Made by a program: the position numbers and the translations under genes. A stretch of DNA of 64,000 nt from an uncultured Gammaproteobacteria bacterium (GTDB lineage: Bacteria; Pseudomonadota; Gammaproteobacteria; DRLM01). The notes below the pieces were generated by a model. The model did no database searches and was not told the origin of the DNA. It was given only the letters and a program-made list of their open reading frames with translations. The stretch spans positions 736,001 through 800,000 of the forward strand of contig CAVSNY010000007.1 in NCBI GenBank assembly GCA_963729605.1. The letters are read 5' to 3'. Positions 9,641 through 19,911 of this stretch are shown piece by piece. The stretch's first letter is position 1; every line of letters starts with the position of its first letter.

Positions 9641-10731
9641 TGCGCTTGGGTATCGTCGGCGGCGGGCAACTGGCCCGCATGCTGGCCTTGGCCGCCGCGC
9701 CGCTCGGCGTGCGCTGCCGCATCCTCGAACCCGCCGCCGATGCCTGCGCCGCGGTGGCGGCCGAGCACATCCGCGCGCCGTATGATGACGCCGCCGGTCT
9801 GCGGCATCTGGCGGAAGGCGCCGACTGCATCAGCTTCGAATTCGAAAACGTGCCGGTGGCCAGCCTGGATTATCTGGTGGACCATGCGCCGGTATTTCCC
9901 TCGCCCAAGGCGCTGGCCACCGCGCGCGATCGTTTGATCGAAAAAAACCTGTTCCGCGAGCTCGGCATACCCACCGCCGAATTTCGCGCGGTCGACAGCC
10001 GCGCCGACTTGGACGCGGCGGTCGCGGCCTTGGGCCTGCCCGCGGTGTTGAAGACCCGCACCTTGGGTTACGACGGCAAGGGCCAGGCCGTGCTGCGCGA
10101 CGCGGCGGACGCGGCGGCGGCATGGACGACACTGGGCGGTGTGCCGCTGATCCTCGAGGCCTTCGTGCCCTTCGCGCGCGAGGTGTCGGTGATCGCGGTG
10201 CGCGGGCGCGCCGGCGACAGCGCGTTTTATCCGCTCAGCGAGAACACCCATCGCGGCGGCATTCTGCATCTCTCGCTCAGTTGCGCCGATGATCGCATGC
10301 AGGCCCCGGCGCAGGATTACGCGCATCGTCTGCTCGACGCATTGGATTACGTCGGTGTGCTGGCCTTGGAGTTGTTCGAGGCCGACGGAAAATTACTGGC
10401 CAATGAATTCGCGCCGCGGGTGCACAACTCCGGGCATTGGACCATCGAGGGTGCCGAGACCAGCCAGTTTGAAAATCATCTGCGCGCGGTGCTGGGCCTG
10501 CCGCTGGGCCGCACCGAGGCGCCGGGCTGTTCGGCCATGGTGAATTTCATCGGGCGCATGCCGCCCCGCGAGGCGGTGTTGCGCCTGCCCGCCGTGCACT
10601 TGCACGATTACGGCAAAGAGCCGCGCGCCGGCCGCAAAGTCGGTCATGCCACCTTGCGCGCGGCGGACGCGGCGAGTCTGCGGGCGGCCTTGCCGGAGTT
10701 GCTCGCCTTGGCCGAGAGGGATGTGCTTTAA
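9640..10731 (+). CDS. purK: N5-CAIR synthetase
   Basis: GGGQLARM, FEFENVP, GYDGKGQ, NEFAPRVHNSGHWT, RKVGH; TGATG overlap with purE. Confidence 0.97.
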   Translation: MRLGIVGGGQLARMLALAAAPLGVRCRILEPAADACAAVAAEHIRAPYDDAAGLRHLAEGADCISFEFENVPVASLDYLVDHAPVFPSPKALATARDRLIEKNLFRELGIPTAEFRAVDSRADLDAAVAALGLPAVLKTRTLGYDGKGQAVLRDAADAAAAWTTLGGVPLILEAFVPFAREVSVIAVRGRAGDSAFYPLSENTHRGGILHLSLSCADDRMQAPAQDYAHRLLDALDYVGVLALELFEADGKLLANEFAPRVHNSGHWTIEGAETSQFENHLRAVLGLPLGRTEAPGCSAMVNFIGRMPPREAVLRLPAVHLHDYGKEPRAGRKVGHATLRAADAASLRAALPELLALAERDVL

Positions 10732-11086
10732 CGAAAATGTCGAAAAGATTTCTGGGCCGCCCAGGCGCGAAGGGCGCCAAGAAAAAATTTCTTCCATGCA
10801 CGAAAGTGTGAGCCGTCTGCCGCGAGGTGAATCAATCTTCAACCCGGCGTTTGAAACTCAAAGTTCCCAGCCCTCGGAAGGGCAGGGTTAGGGTGGGGGT
10901 AGAATGGCGGGCATTTCACCCCCATTCCAAGCTTCCCCGCAACGGGGTCGTTTGCTTCATCTCTGGATTGCCGGGTTAATGGTGGTTTCTTCAGTGCGGC
11001 AAGTACGCGCCCATGCCGGCCGATAACGTGGACAAGACATTCCATTTCGCGCGAGCGATTCATTTCATCCGCAGTCGGGAGACGAT

Positions 11087-12196
11087 ATGAAAATCGGCAT
11101 ACCCAAAGAAATCAAAGATCATGAATTCCGCGTCGGTGTGACGCCGTCCGGCGTGAAGGCGCTGGTCAAGGCGGGTCACGAGGTGTCGGTCGAACATGCG
11201 GCGGGCGCCGCCATCGGATTTTCCGATGCGTTGTATCGCGCGGCGGGCGCCGTTGTGGCGAGCCGGGACGAAATCTACGCCTGCCCGCTGATCGTGAAGG
11301 TGAAAGAGCCGCAGCCCGGCGAGTTTTCTCTGTTATGGGAAGGCCAGGTGTTGTTCACTTATCTGCATCTCGCGCCGGACCCGATACAGACCCGGGCTTT
11401 GGTTGAACGCAAGGTAGTGGCCATCGCCTACGAGACGGTGACGGACAGTCACAATAATCTGCCGCTGCTGGTGCCCATGAGCGAAGTGGCGGGACGCTTG
11501 GCGATACAGGCCGGCGCGCATGCCTTGCAGATGATCAACGGCGGTGGCGGCGTGCTGCTGGGCGGGGTGCCCGGTGTGCCGCCGGGTAAGGTGGTGATCG
11601 TCGGCGGCGGCATCGTCGGCACTCAGGCCGCGCGCATGGCGCTGGGTCTCGGCGCCGATGTGACGATACTCGATGTAAATCTGGAGCGGCTGCGCCAGCT
11701 CGACGATTTGTTCGGCCCGGCGCTCAAGACCGCTTACTCGGACAGTGATGCCGTAAGTGAGTTGACGGCGCAAGCCGATTTGGTGGTGGGCTCGGTACTC
11801 ATTCCCGGCAAGCAGGCGCCCAAGCTCATCACCCGCGAACACATCAAACACATGAAGCGCGGCGCGGTGCTGGTGGACGTGGCCATCGACCAGGGCGGCT
11901 GCGCCGAGACCTCGCGGCCGACCACCCATTCCGATCCCACCTACATCGTCGATGGCGTAGTGCATTACTGCGTCGCCAACATGCCCGGCGCGGTGGCGCA
12001 CACCGCCACCGGCGCGCTCACTCACGCCACTCTGCCTTACGTAATGCAACTCGCCAACAAGGGTTGGCGGCAAGCCTTGCGCGACAACCCCGGTTTGCGC
12101 GAAGGCTTGAATGTCTGCGCGGGGCAGGTGACCAATCGCCACGTGGCGCAGGATTTGGGGTATGAGTATGTGGGGGTGGAGCGGGTGTTGAGTTAG
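11087..12196 (+). CDS. ald: Alanine dehydrogenase
   Basis: MKIGIPKEIK, FTYLHLA, PMSEVAGR, VDVAIDQGG, HYCVANMPG. Confidence 0.97.
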   Translation: MKIGIPKEIKDHEFRVGVTPSGVKALVKAGHEVSVEHAAGAAIGFSDALYRAAGAVVASRDEIYACPLIVKVKEPQPGEFSLLWEGQVLFTYLHLAPDPIQTRALVERKVVAIAYETVTDSHNNLPLLVPMSEVAGRLAIQAGAHALQMINGGGGVLLGGVPGVPPGKVVIVGGGIVGTQAARMALGLGADVTILDVNLERLRQLDDLFGPALKTAYSDSDAVSELTAQADLVVGSVLIPGKQAPKLITREHIKHMKRGAVLVDVAIDQGGCAETSRPTTHSDPTYIVDGVVHYCVANMPGAVAHTATGALTHATLPYVMQLANKGWRQALRDNPGLREGLNVCAGQVTNRHVAQDLGYEYVGVERVLS

Positions 12197-12561
12197 CCAT
12201 CTGTTGGATAAGATCTAATGTTTCTTCTCAATGCGGCTACCATGTCTTCGCGCATCAGCGCGTAGACATGGTGAGTATCGCGAACTTCATCAATCCCGAA
12301 TGTGGCGCGGTTTGTTCGCATTTGAAGATAATTATTGATATATGAATATTGCGGCTGTTCAGCCCGCTGCTCAAGGTTACCAGCGCGCACTTGAAATTCA
12401 CATTGTCGTGGGTCTGGTCGTAATAAATGTAAGCAGGTCAGACTGAAAGTTATAAACTTGCGCATCGACTTGCCAATTAAACCATCATCGAGAAGCGCTC
12501 AGGCTTGACTTATAATTTAATGGAAGCCTATCCTCAGTTAGTCAGCGGCGGAATAATCAAC

Positions 12562-12954
12562 ATGCCACACAGTAGGCGCTATATATTTAATATCCTATTG
12601 CTGACCGTTATTGCCTTAATGATGGGATGCGCTAACAAGCCCGTCGCCGTGACAGATCTGCCTCAAAGCGAAGATGCTCATTGCCGCGAACAAGGTTTTG
12701 CCGCTGGCAACTTAGATTATTGGGCGTGCCGAGAACGCACTCATATGTTGCGCGTTATGAAGACTAAACATAGTGAAAAATGGGCTGAATGGCTTACTCT
12801 CCATGGGCGTTACTTATCGATTGTGGGCGCGGGTGGTAGCGTAGCTGGCTGCGGTGGACTCTCAGCCCTTGCGTTGAGCGGTTACGCAAACAGAGGGGGA
12901 GGTAATCCGGTCCCTTACGACTCATGGTCAGTGAATGGCTCTAGCATTTGTTAG
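12562..12954 (+). CDS. Hypothetical small lipoprotein in a lower-GC patch
   Basis: Signal peptide with MMGC lipobox and a C-x13-C pair; base composition atypical for the window. Confidence 0.45.
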   Translation: MPHSRRYIFNILLLTVIALMMGCANKPVAVTDLPQSEDAHCREQGFAAGNLDYWACRERTHMLRVMKTKHSEKWAEWLTLHGRYLSIVGAGGSVAGCGGLSALALSGYANRGGGNPVPYDSWSVNGSSIC

Positions 12955-13176
12955 CTCAGAGCGCACACGACAATATCACTCCCACTTTCTGCGATACATA
13001 TTAAGTAAACAGCTTACATAACGCATAATGTAAAGCCTCAATTAAACCATGGCATCGCGCAGAATGTTTGGTGTTGCTTTCAGCTTGCAAAATGCAGGTG
13101 TAGCTTAAGATGGATCATAAAGAAATCTGGGGTGCCTTCGTTGCATCAGACTACTCAATTTTCAAACGCGTAATTC

Positions 13177-13639
13177 GTAAGGCGCCAATAAGCGAAGCGC
13201 GCTACGTCGGATGTTGGCGTGGCCTTCAGCTCCTTGTTGTACTGAATGGAGTCTCGCCCCACGGGCGAGATACTTTCTTTTGCGCGGCCAAAAAAGTGCC
13301 CAAAGAAAAGGCCGCCCGTCGGTGATGTTTTGCACGTCGCGCGGAATTCCCTGGGCGCTTCGGGTGGAACGGGGTTTCAGAGAGGCCGGGCCTGGCTGTC
13401 TGAAAAAAGCCCATCATCCGTGGCTTCGTCCCTAGGGCCTACTCCGCGCCATTCAGCAGTGCTCGGCGCTGCGATGGGAATTTGAATCAACCCCAGTACG
13501 CTCGGCGTAAAAAAATAAATGCAGAGTGGTTAGGCCGAAGACCGTAACCCACCAGCATCGCGCAGCCACTCATCAATCATCACAGTAAGGAGCGTCTGAC
13601 GGCGCGAATTGGTAGGTTACGCTTCGCTAACGCTCTACG
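13177..13639. repeat. Cluster of REP/MITE-like intergenic elements
   Basis: Hairpin TCTCGCCC-CAC-GGGCGAGA followed by TACTTTCTTTTGCGCGGCCAAAAAAGT (~13250-13320); inverted pair of GTAG-type REP-like units at 13521-13553 and 13611-13639. Confidence 0.6.
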
Positions 13640-13647
13640 ATTTGTGC

Positions 13648-14229
13648 TCAACCCAACAAGCGCTGCGCCATCAAATCCCAGTCCACCAGTTTCCAGAAAT
13701 TTTCGAGATACGCGGCGCGGGCGTTGCGGTAGTCGATGTAATAGGCGTGTTCCCATACGTCGCAGGTGAGCAGGGGTTTGTCGCCGCGCACGATGGGGGT
13801 GTCGGCGTTGCTGGTGTTTTCTATCACCAAGCGGTTGTCGCTTTTTTTCACCAGCCAGGTCCAGCCGGAACCGAAGTTGCCGAGCGCGGCTTGGGTGAAT
13901 TGTTTTTTGAATTCCTCGACGCTGCCGAAGTGTTTTTTGACCGCCATCGACACCGGACCGATCGGTTCGGCCATCGCGCCGGGGGTGAGGCAGGTCCAGT
14001 AGAAATTGTGGTTCCACACCTGGGCGGCGTTGTTGAAGAGCGGCCCTGTGGCTTGCTTGACGATGGCCTCCAGCGTCATATTCTCGAATTCGGTACCCGC
14101 CACCAGTTTGTTGAGATTGTCTACGTAGGTGCGGTGATGTTTGTCGTAGTGATATTCGAGGGTTTCGGCGGAGAGATACGGCGCCAGCGCGTCTTTGGCG
14201 TAAGACAACGCGGGGAGTTGGAAGGCCAT
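13648..14229 (-). CDS. sodB: Fe superoxide dismutase
   Basis: HYDKHH, FNNAAQVWNH, FGSGW, DVWEHAYY; the AAQ motif favours Fe over Mn. Confidence 0.95.
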   Translation of the reverse strand: MAFQLPALSYAKDALAPYLSAETLEYHYDKHHRTYVDNLNKLVAGTEFENMTLEAIVKQATGPLFNNAAQVWNHNFYWTCLTPGAMAEPIGPVSMAVKKHFGSVEEFKKQFTQAALGNFGSGWTWLVKKSDNRLVIENTSNADTPIVRGDKPLLTCDVWEHAYYIDYRNARAAYLENFWKLVDWDLMAQRLLG

Positions 14230-14316
14230 GGGGATAATCCTTGTTATGAAAAAGGTGGGGCTTAATTTAACAAGTCCCGGATGTCGCGAAAATAACACAG
14301 GGAAGGGGGGTAGTAA

Positions 14317-15075
14317 ATGAAGCGGGATCGCGGGCGGTGGGTGTGGGCGGCTTGCTTGATATTGTGGGCGCCGATCGGTGGGGCGGAGGAGGCTTTGCTC
14401 GCGGTGGCCAGCAATTTCACCGGCACGGCGCGGGAACTGGTCGCGGATTTCGCGGCGGACGGCGGCCACCGATTGCAAATCAGCAGCGGTTCCACCGGCG
14501 TGTTGTATGCGCAGGTCGGCAACGGCGCGCCCTTCGATATTTTTCTCGCGGCGAATGACAGCGAACCCGCGCGTTTAGTGAAGGAGGGCCGCGCCGTGGC
14601 GCCGTCTTTTACGTATGCGATCGGGCGTTTGGTCGTGTGGAGCGCCGACGCCGAATTGATTCGCGGCGACTGCGCGGAGGTGCTGGCCCGGCTTGATGCG
14701 CGGCATGTCAGTTTGGCCAATCCCCGGCTGGCGCCGTATGGCGCGGCGGCGATGGCGGCGCTCACGCGGCTGGGTTTGCGGGAACGGTATGCGCCACGCT
14801 TGGTGATGGGTGAAAACGTGGCGCAGGCATTTCAATACATCGCGACCGGTAACGCGGCCTTCGGTTTCGTCGCGCGGGCGCAACTCGTCGGCTTGCCGGC
14901 CGCGCGGGCGGGCAGTTATTGCGAGGTGGACCCGGCGCTGCATCCGCCTATCTTGCAGCAGGCGGTGTTGCTCAAACGCGGTGTGGGCAAGCCGGCGGCC
15001 GAGGGATTCGTAAAGTATTTACGCGGGCCGCGCGCCGCGACGATCATCCGGCGCGCGGGTTACGATTTGCCTTGA
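14317..15075 (+). CDS. modA: Molybdate ABC transporter substrate-binding protein
   Basis: AVASNF, SSGSTG, GAPFDIFLAAN, ANPRLAPYG, GENVAQA. Confidence 0.92.
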   Translation: MKRDRGRWVWAACLILWAPIGGAEEALLAVASNFTGTARELVADFAADGGHRLQISSGSTGVLYAQVGNGAPFDIFLAANDSEPARLVKEGRAVAPSFTYAIGRLVVWSADAELIRGDCAEVLARLDARHVSLANPRLAPYGAAAMAALTRLGLRERYAPRLVMGENVAQAFQYIATGNAAFGFVARAQLVGLPAARAGSYCEVDPALHPPILQQAVLLKRGVGKPAAEGFVKYLRGPRAATIIRRAGYDLP

Positions 15076-15088
15076 CGTGTTTTTTTAA

Positions 15089-15242
15089 GGAGGCGCTGAA
15101 TAATTCCTTCCGGGAATTTTCAGGGCGCGGGAAGTGATAAAGGTGATTGTTGCCGCCCTTCATTTTTTAACGGCTAACCCCATTGAAAAAAATGGCGGCA
15201 CCGCCCTGTGTCGCAAGCGTCTTTAAATAAATCGGCCGTTCC
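15089..15242. mobile_element. MITE family A copy 1 (IS5-like ends, TTAA direct repeats)
   Basis: Imperfect terminal inverted repeats GGAGGCGCTGAATAATTC / TAAATAAATCGGCCGTTCC, TTAA at 15085-88 and 15243-46; homologous copy at 48917-49062. Confidence 0.75.
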
Positions 15243-15722
15243 TTAACACCCCGCGTTCCGAGGGTGGGATGACCAGTCCTGCGAGCGGGAAAGTTGTTGC
15301 GCGGTCATGTCCCGTTCCAAGGCGTCGCGGTAGGCGAGGGCCAGGCGGTGGCCCTGGGCGGCGGCCAGGCTGTACCAGAGGTGGGCATAGTCGGGATAGG
15401 CCGGCATGGACATGGGGCGGTTTTTGGTGGCGCGGAAACCGTACAGCTGGCCGAGCTGGAATTGCGCGCCGGCATGACCGTTGAGCGCGGCCTTGCAGAA
15501 CCAGCCGCGGGCGACGGTTTCGGTGTGGCCGGGACCGAAGCCGCAACAATAAGAGAGGCCCAGTTGATATTGGGCTTCGCTGTCGCCCTGCTCCGCGCGT
15601 TGCTGCAAGTCGGCGCGTTTGAGCTGTTCGACGTCGAACTGGGCGCTTTTGCCGCCGCCGAAGTACGAACAGCCGCCGAGGAGTGCGCCGATCAACAGCA
15701 GTATGAGGGTGCGTGCAGGCAT
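15243..15722 (-). CDS. Sel1-repeat lipoprotein
   Basis: Lipobox LGGC; AEQGDSEAQYQLG, AALNGHAGAQFQLG, WYSLAAAQG Sel1 repeats. Confidence 0.85.
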   Translation of the reverse strand: MPARTLILLLIGALLGGCSYFGGGKSAQFDVEQLKRADLQQRAEQGDSEAQYQLGLSYCCGFGPGHTETVARGWFCKAALNGHAGAQFQLGQLYGFRATKNRPMSMPAYPDYAHLWYSLAAAQGHRLALAYRDALERDMTAQQLSRSQDWSSHPRNAGC

Positions 15723-15854
15723 GGCCGGTCTCCCGTGGTGATGCGCCACAGCCTAGCATAGCGGCCACGCTTCCGGTAATGCCGCGCGGCGCTTAAGATA
15801 CACGCTCGCTGAACCGGGGCCATCACCGCCCTTTTTGCAGACCGGGAGACGATC

Positions 15855-16871
15855 ATCAGTTACGCTTTATTACGTCCTTTCTTATTTCGGCTCGACGCCG
15901 AGACCGCTCATCACTGGACCCTCGCCGCGCTGAAGGGCGCGCATCGTCTGCATCTGCTCGGCGCCGGCGGTGTGCCGGCGTCGCCGCGTCGCGTGATGGG
16001 CCTGGATTTCCCCAACCCGGTGGGGCTGGCGGCCGGGCTGGATAAAAACGGCGATTACATCGACGCCTTGGCCGCGCTGGGCTTCGGCTTCATCGAGGTC
16101 GGCACGGTGACGCCCCGCCCGCAGCCCGGCAATCCGCGGCCGCGCTTATTCCGCCTGCCCGAGGCGCGGGCCATCATCAATCGCATGGGTTTCAATAATC
16201 AAGGCGTCGATTATCTGCTGGCGAAGGTGCGGCAGGCCCGTTACCGCGGCGTGCTCGGCATCAACCTCGGCAAGAACGCCGACACGCCGGTGGAGCGGGC
16301 GGCGGACGATTACCTCATCGGTCTGCGCAAGGTATATACGGCGGCCAGTTATGTGACGGTGAACATCTCCTCGCCCAACACCGCCAATCTGCGCAGCCTG
16401 CAGGAGGGCGCCGCCCTCACCGCCTTGCTGGGCCGCTTGAAACAGGAGCAGCGGGTGCTGGCCGAGCAGCACCAAAAATACGTGCCGCTCGCCGTGAAGA
16501 TCGCCCCCGACCTCGGCGCCGAGGCGGTGGCGGAGATGGCGGCGGTGATCCGCGAGTCGGGCATCGACGCGGTGATCGCCACCAACACCACCCTGGCGCG
16601 CGAGGCGGTGGCGCAGCTGCCCCACGGTGGGGAAACCGGCGGTTTGAGCGGCGCGCCGCTCACCCGGCGCGCCACCGAGGTGGTGAGCCAATTGCACGCC
16701 GTGTTGCGGGACACGGTGCCCATCATCGCCGCGGGCGGTATCATGGACGGCGCCGACGCCGTGGCCAAGCTGCGGGCCGGCGCGTCGCTGGTGCAGGTCT
16801 ACAGCGGCCTGATTTACCGCGGTCCGGCCTTGGTGCGGGAGGTGGCCGCCGCCCTGGCCCAGGTTCCCTGA
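15855..16871 (+). CDS. pyrD: Quinone-dependent dihydroorotate dehydrogenase (class 2); start probably non-canonical ATC at 15852 or 15855
   Basis: [52 protein letters not shown]; the conserved N-terminal [17 protein letters not shown] lies in frame upstream of the GTG at 15972. Confidence 0.95.
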   Translation: MSYALLRPFLFRLDAETAHHWTLAALKGAHRLHLLGAGGVPASPRRVMGLDFPNPVGLAAGLDKNGDYIDALAALGFGFIEVGTVTPRPQPGNPRPRLFRLPEARAIINRMGFNNQGVDYLLAKVRQARYRGVLGINLGKNADTPVERAADDYLIGLRKVYTAASYVTVNISSPNTANLRSLQEGAALTALLGRLKQEQRVLAEQHQKYVPLAVKIAPDLGAEAVAEMAAVIRESGIDAVIATNTTLAREAVAQLPHGGETGGLSGAPLTRRATEVVSQLHAVLRDTVPIIAAGGIMDGADAVAKLRAGASLVQVYSGLIYRGPALVREVAAALAQVP

Positions 16872-16932
16872 GCGGGCGTGGGTTGCGGACGTCGTGCGCG
16901 CGGATTAGCGTAGACGCTTAAAGGTCACGGCA

Positions 16933-17373
16933 ATGGAGAAGGCAGTGAAAAAAGAATCCTGGTTTGGACAAAAAGGCCGCCGCAGCGTCGATAAGGTGAA
17001 GGATTTCGGCACCTTGATCGGCGCGGATTCCACCTTCAGCGGTACGCTGCGCGGCAAGGACAATTACGCGATATACGGCACGGTGGAAGGGGATTGCGAG
17101 CTGGAGGGGGCCTTGATGCTCGGCCCCGGCGGCCGCTGGAAGGGCAATATCAGCGCCGCCGTGGTGTTTATCGCCGGCGAGGTGGAGGGCAATGTCGCCG
17201 CGCGGGAGAAACTGGAGATCGCCCCCGGCGCGCGGGTGCGGGGCAATTTGAGCAGCGGCTCCATCGCCATCGCCGACGGCGCGGTGTTCGAGGGCGAGGT
17301 GAAAATGCCCAAACCCGAGGAGGTCACCCGTTTCGCCGAGCGGCGCGGCGGCGCTGAACCCGCCGGCGAGTGA
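16933..17373 (+). CDS. Bactofilin (polymer-forming cytoskeletal protein)
   Basis: TLIGADSTFSGTL, GTVEGD, IAGEVEGNV, GAVFEG beta-helix repeats. Confidence 0.9.
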   Translation: MEKAVKKESWFGQKGRRSVDKVKDFGTLIGADSTFSGTLRGKDNYAIYGTVEGDCELEGALMLGPGGRWKGNISAAVVFIAGEVEGNVAAREKLEIAPGARVRGNLSSGSIAIADGAVFEGEVKMPKPEEVTRFAERRGGAEPAGE

Positions 17374-17398
17374 GGGTCAACCAGTCCGGCGGAGCGGG

Positions 17399-17755
17399 TC
17401 AGTCGCCGTTGAGACCGAGATGGGTGCTCCGGCCCTGCTGTTCCGCGCAGCGGTAAAACACCCCCACCGCATAGTCGTGGGGGTTGCCGTTCCACAAATA
17501 GGCGCCCCAAATGACTTTTAACAAATAGGTGGAATACTGTTCATGGAGGACCACGGCCAGCGGGTTTTTCGAGGCCAGTTCCAGGGCGTTCTCCGCCGGC
17601 ACGCCCAATCTCGAATTGATAACGGAATCAAATCCCACCATGGCATGTCCATAGCAGAGTTGCGCGTCCAGGTCGCGCGGCAGGCCGTCGAAGGCGGAGG
17701 CCGCCGGGCTGGCCGCGGCGAGGACGCAAATCAGTGATAACATCGGATATTTCAT
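17399..17755 (-). CDS. Hypothetical secreted protein
   Basis: GGAGGG RBS, Sec signal ending ASA, two cysteines in the mature part. Confidence 0.65.
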   Translation of the reverse strand: MKYPMLSLICVLAAASPAASAFDGLPRDLDAQLCYGHAMVGFDSVINSRLGVPAENALELASKNPLAVVLHEQYSTYLLKVIWGAYLWNGNPHDYAVGVFYRCAEQQGRSTHLGLNGD

Positions 17756-17987
17756 GACTGAACCCTCCGCCGCGCGGAACGGGGTACGGACCGGGCGGCT
17801 GCGAGTGAAAGGCGAGGCTGGGATCTCCACCCTCTTAATTTGGTAGCGGCCACGGCGGGGAAGGTTTAAAGAATGGAGGGGTGACACGCCGGGCTGGATT
17901 GGAAATCGTTGCGCGCCGCGTAGCTCTCTAAAGATAATGTCCCCCATCCCCCAATGTGTATGTGCAGTACGAGACCTTCTGAATAAT

Positions 17988-19814
17988 ATGACTGACGAAC
18001 TACCTATCCGGTTTCAAATCCTCCCCATTCAGCCGGGCGCCCACCTTTTCGAAGTGACCTGTGAAATCGCCGATCCCGATCCGGCGGGGCAAGAATTTTC
18101 CCTGCCGGCGTGGATACCCGGCAGCTACATGCTGCGCGAGTTCGCCAAGAGCGTGGTGCAAGTCTGGGCCAGCGCCCAGGATCAACCGGTGGCGGTGCGC
18201 AAACTCGACAAAAGCACCTGGCGGTGCGCCCCCTGCGACGGGCCGCTCATCCTGCGTTATCAGGTCTACGCCTGGGATTTGTCGGTGCGCGGCGCCCACC
18301 TCGACACCACCCATGGTTATTTCAACGGCACCAGCGTGTTCATCAAAGTGGCGGGCAAGGAACACCGCCGCCACCTCGTCGATATCCGGCCGCCGTCGGG
18401 CGAGGCCTATCGCGATTGGCGGGTGGCCACCGCCTTGCCGCGCGAGAGCGCCCATCCCTACGGTTTCGGTCTTTATCAGGCCGCCGATTACGAAGAGCTG
18501 ATCGACCATCCCGTCGAGATGGGTACCTTCACTCTCGCGACCTTTTATGCCTGCGGATATCCCCACGACGTGGTGCTCAGCGGCCGTCATCGCGCCGACC
18601 TGGACCGGCTCTGCCAAGACCTCACCGCGATCTGCGAATATCAGATCCGCTTTTTCGGCGAGCCGCCGCCCATGGAGCGTTACGTGTTTTTGATCACGGT
18701 CGTGGGCAACGGCTACGGCGGCCTGGAACATCGCGCCTCGTGCAGCCTGTTATGCAGCCGCGACGATTTGCCGCGCGCCGGCCGGCGCGACATCGGCGAA
18801 AAATACCGCGCCTTGCTCGGCCTGTGCAGCCACGAATATTTCCATACCTGGAACATCAAGCGCATCAAACCCGCGGTATTCGCCGCGCCGGATCTGGCGG
18901 TGGAAAACTACACCCGCCAGCTGTGGGCCTTCGAAGGCATCACCAGTTATTACCAGAACCTCGCCCTGTTGCGCTGCGGTCTGATCACGCCTGAAGAGTT
19001 TCTCGAGCTGCTGGCGCAGATGGCGACCCGGGTATGGCGGGCCGCCGGCCGTTTCAAGCAGACCTTGGAAGAGTCCAGCTTCGACGCCTGGATCAAACTC
19101 TATAAACAAGACGACAACTCCCCCAATGCCCTCATCAGTTATTACACCAAGGGCGCGCTGGTGGCCCTGGCCCTCGACCTGTTGATCCGCCGCGATACCC
19201 GCAACGCCCGCAGCCTCGACGACGTGATGCGCGCCTTGTGGAAACGCTACGGCGAGACCGGTGAAGGGGTGCCGGAGGACGGCGTGGAACGCCTCGCCGA
19301 AGAAATATCCGGCCTGGATTTGCGCGCCTTTTTCGAGCGGGCGCTGCGCAGCACCGAGGAATTGCCGCTGGCGGATCTGCTGGCCCAGTTCGGCGTGAAG
19401 ATGGAGGTACGGCCGGCGGAATCCGCCGCCGACGTCGGCGGCCGCGCCGCCAAGATTTCGGCGGATGCACTGGCCGGCCGCGCGGTATTGGCCGTGCGTC
19501 TGGCGGAGAACGGCGGCGACGCGAAATTGCAATACGTCTACGACGGCGGCGCCGCGCAACAGGCCGGCCTGTCGCCGGGCGATGTGCTGGTGGCGGTGGA
19601 CGGTCTGCGGGTGACCCGCACCAATTTGGAATCCTTGCTCACGGCCTATGCGCCCGGCGAGAGTGTGAGTGTGCACGCCTTTCGCCGCGACGAACTCATG
19701 AATTTCAGCGTCACGCTGCGCGCCGCGCCCGCCGATACCTGCGTGTTCAGTTTGCTGGAGAAGGCCGACGGCGCGGTGCGCGCGCAGCGGGCGTCATGGT
19801 TGGGTGCGACCTGA
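17988..19814 (+). CDS. M61 glycyl aminopeptidase family protein with C-terminal PDZ domain
   Basis: LPAWIPGSY, GGLEH, HEYFHTWN, WAFEGITSYY, SYYTKG, AGLSPGDVLVAVDG. Confidence 0.93.
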   Translation: MTDELPIRFQILPIQPGAHLFEVTCEIADPDPAGQEFSLPAWIPGSYMLREFAKSVVQVWASAQDQPVAVRKLDKSTWRCAPCDGPLILRYQVYAWDLSVRGAHLDTTHGYFNGTSVFIKVAGKEHRRHLVDIRPPSGEAYRDWRVATALPRESAHPYGFGLYQAADYEELIDHPVEMGTFTLATFYACGYPHDVVLSGRHRADLDRLCQDLTAICEYQIRFFGEPPPMERYVFLITVVGNGYGGLEHRASCSLLCSRDDLPRAGRRDIGEKYRALLGLCSHEYFHTWNIKRIKPAVFAAPDLAVENYTRQLWAFEGITSYYQNLALLRCGLITPEEFLELLAQMATRVWRAAGRFKQTLEESSFDAWIKLYKQDDNSPNALISYYTKGALVALALDLLIRRDTRNARSLDDVMRALWKRYGETGEGVPEDGVERLAEEISGLDLRAFFERALRSTEELPLADLLAQFGVKMEVRPAESAADVGGRAAKISADALAGRAVLAVRLAENGGDAKLQYVYDGGAAQQAGLSPGDVLVAVDGLRVTRTNLESLLTAYAPGESVSVHAFRRDELMNFSVTLRAAPADTCVFSLLEKADGAVRAQRASWLGAT

Positions 19815-19911
19815 TCCGTTCGTAGTGCGGGCTTGCATCCCGGACGCAAACTGCGTAGCTTACCAGGCCTGGAAATTAAGTCGTTTTTTAGTTAAAAATA
19901 GGGGATATCGC

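Noticed and set aside
18322-18333. 12-bp match to the tRNA-Thr 3' end (TCAACGGCACCA) as a possible attR
   Set aside because: Lies within the intact M61 coding sequence (FNGT); no integrase, and housekeeping genes lie between
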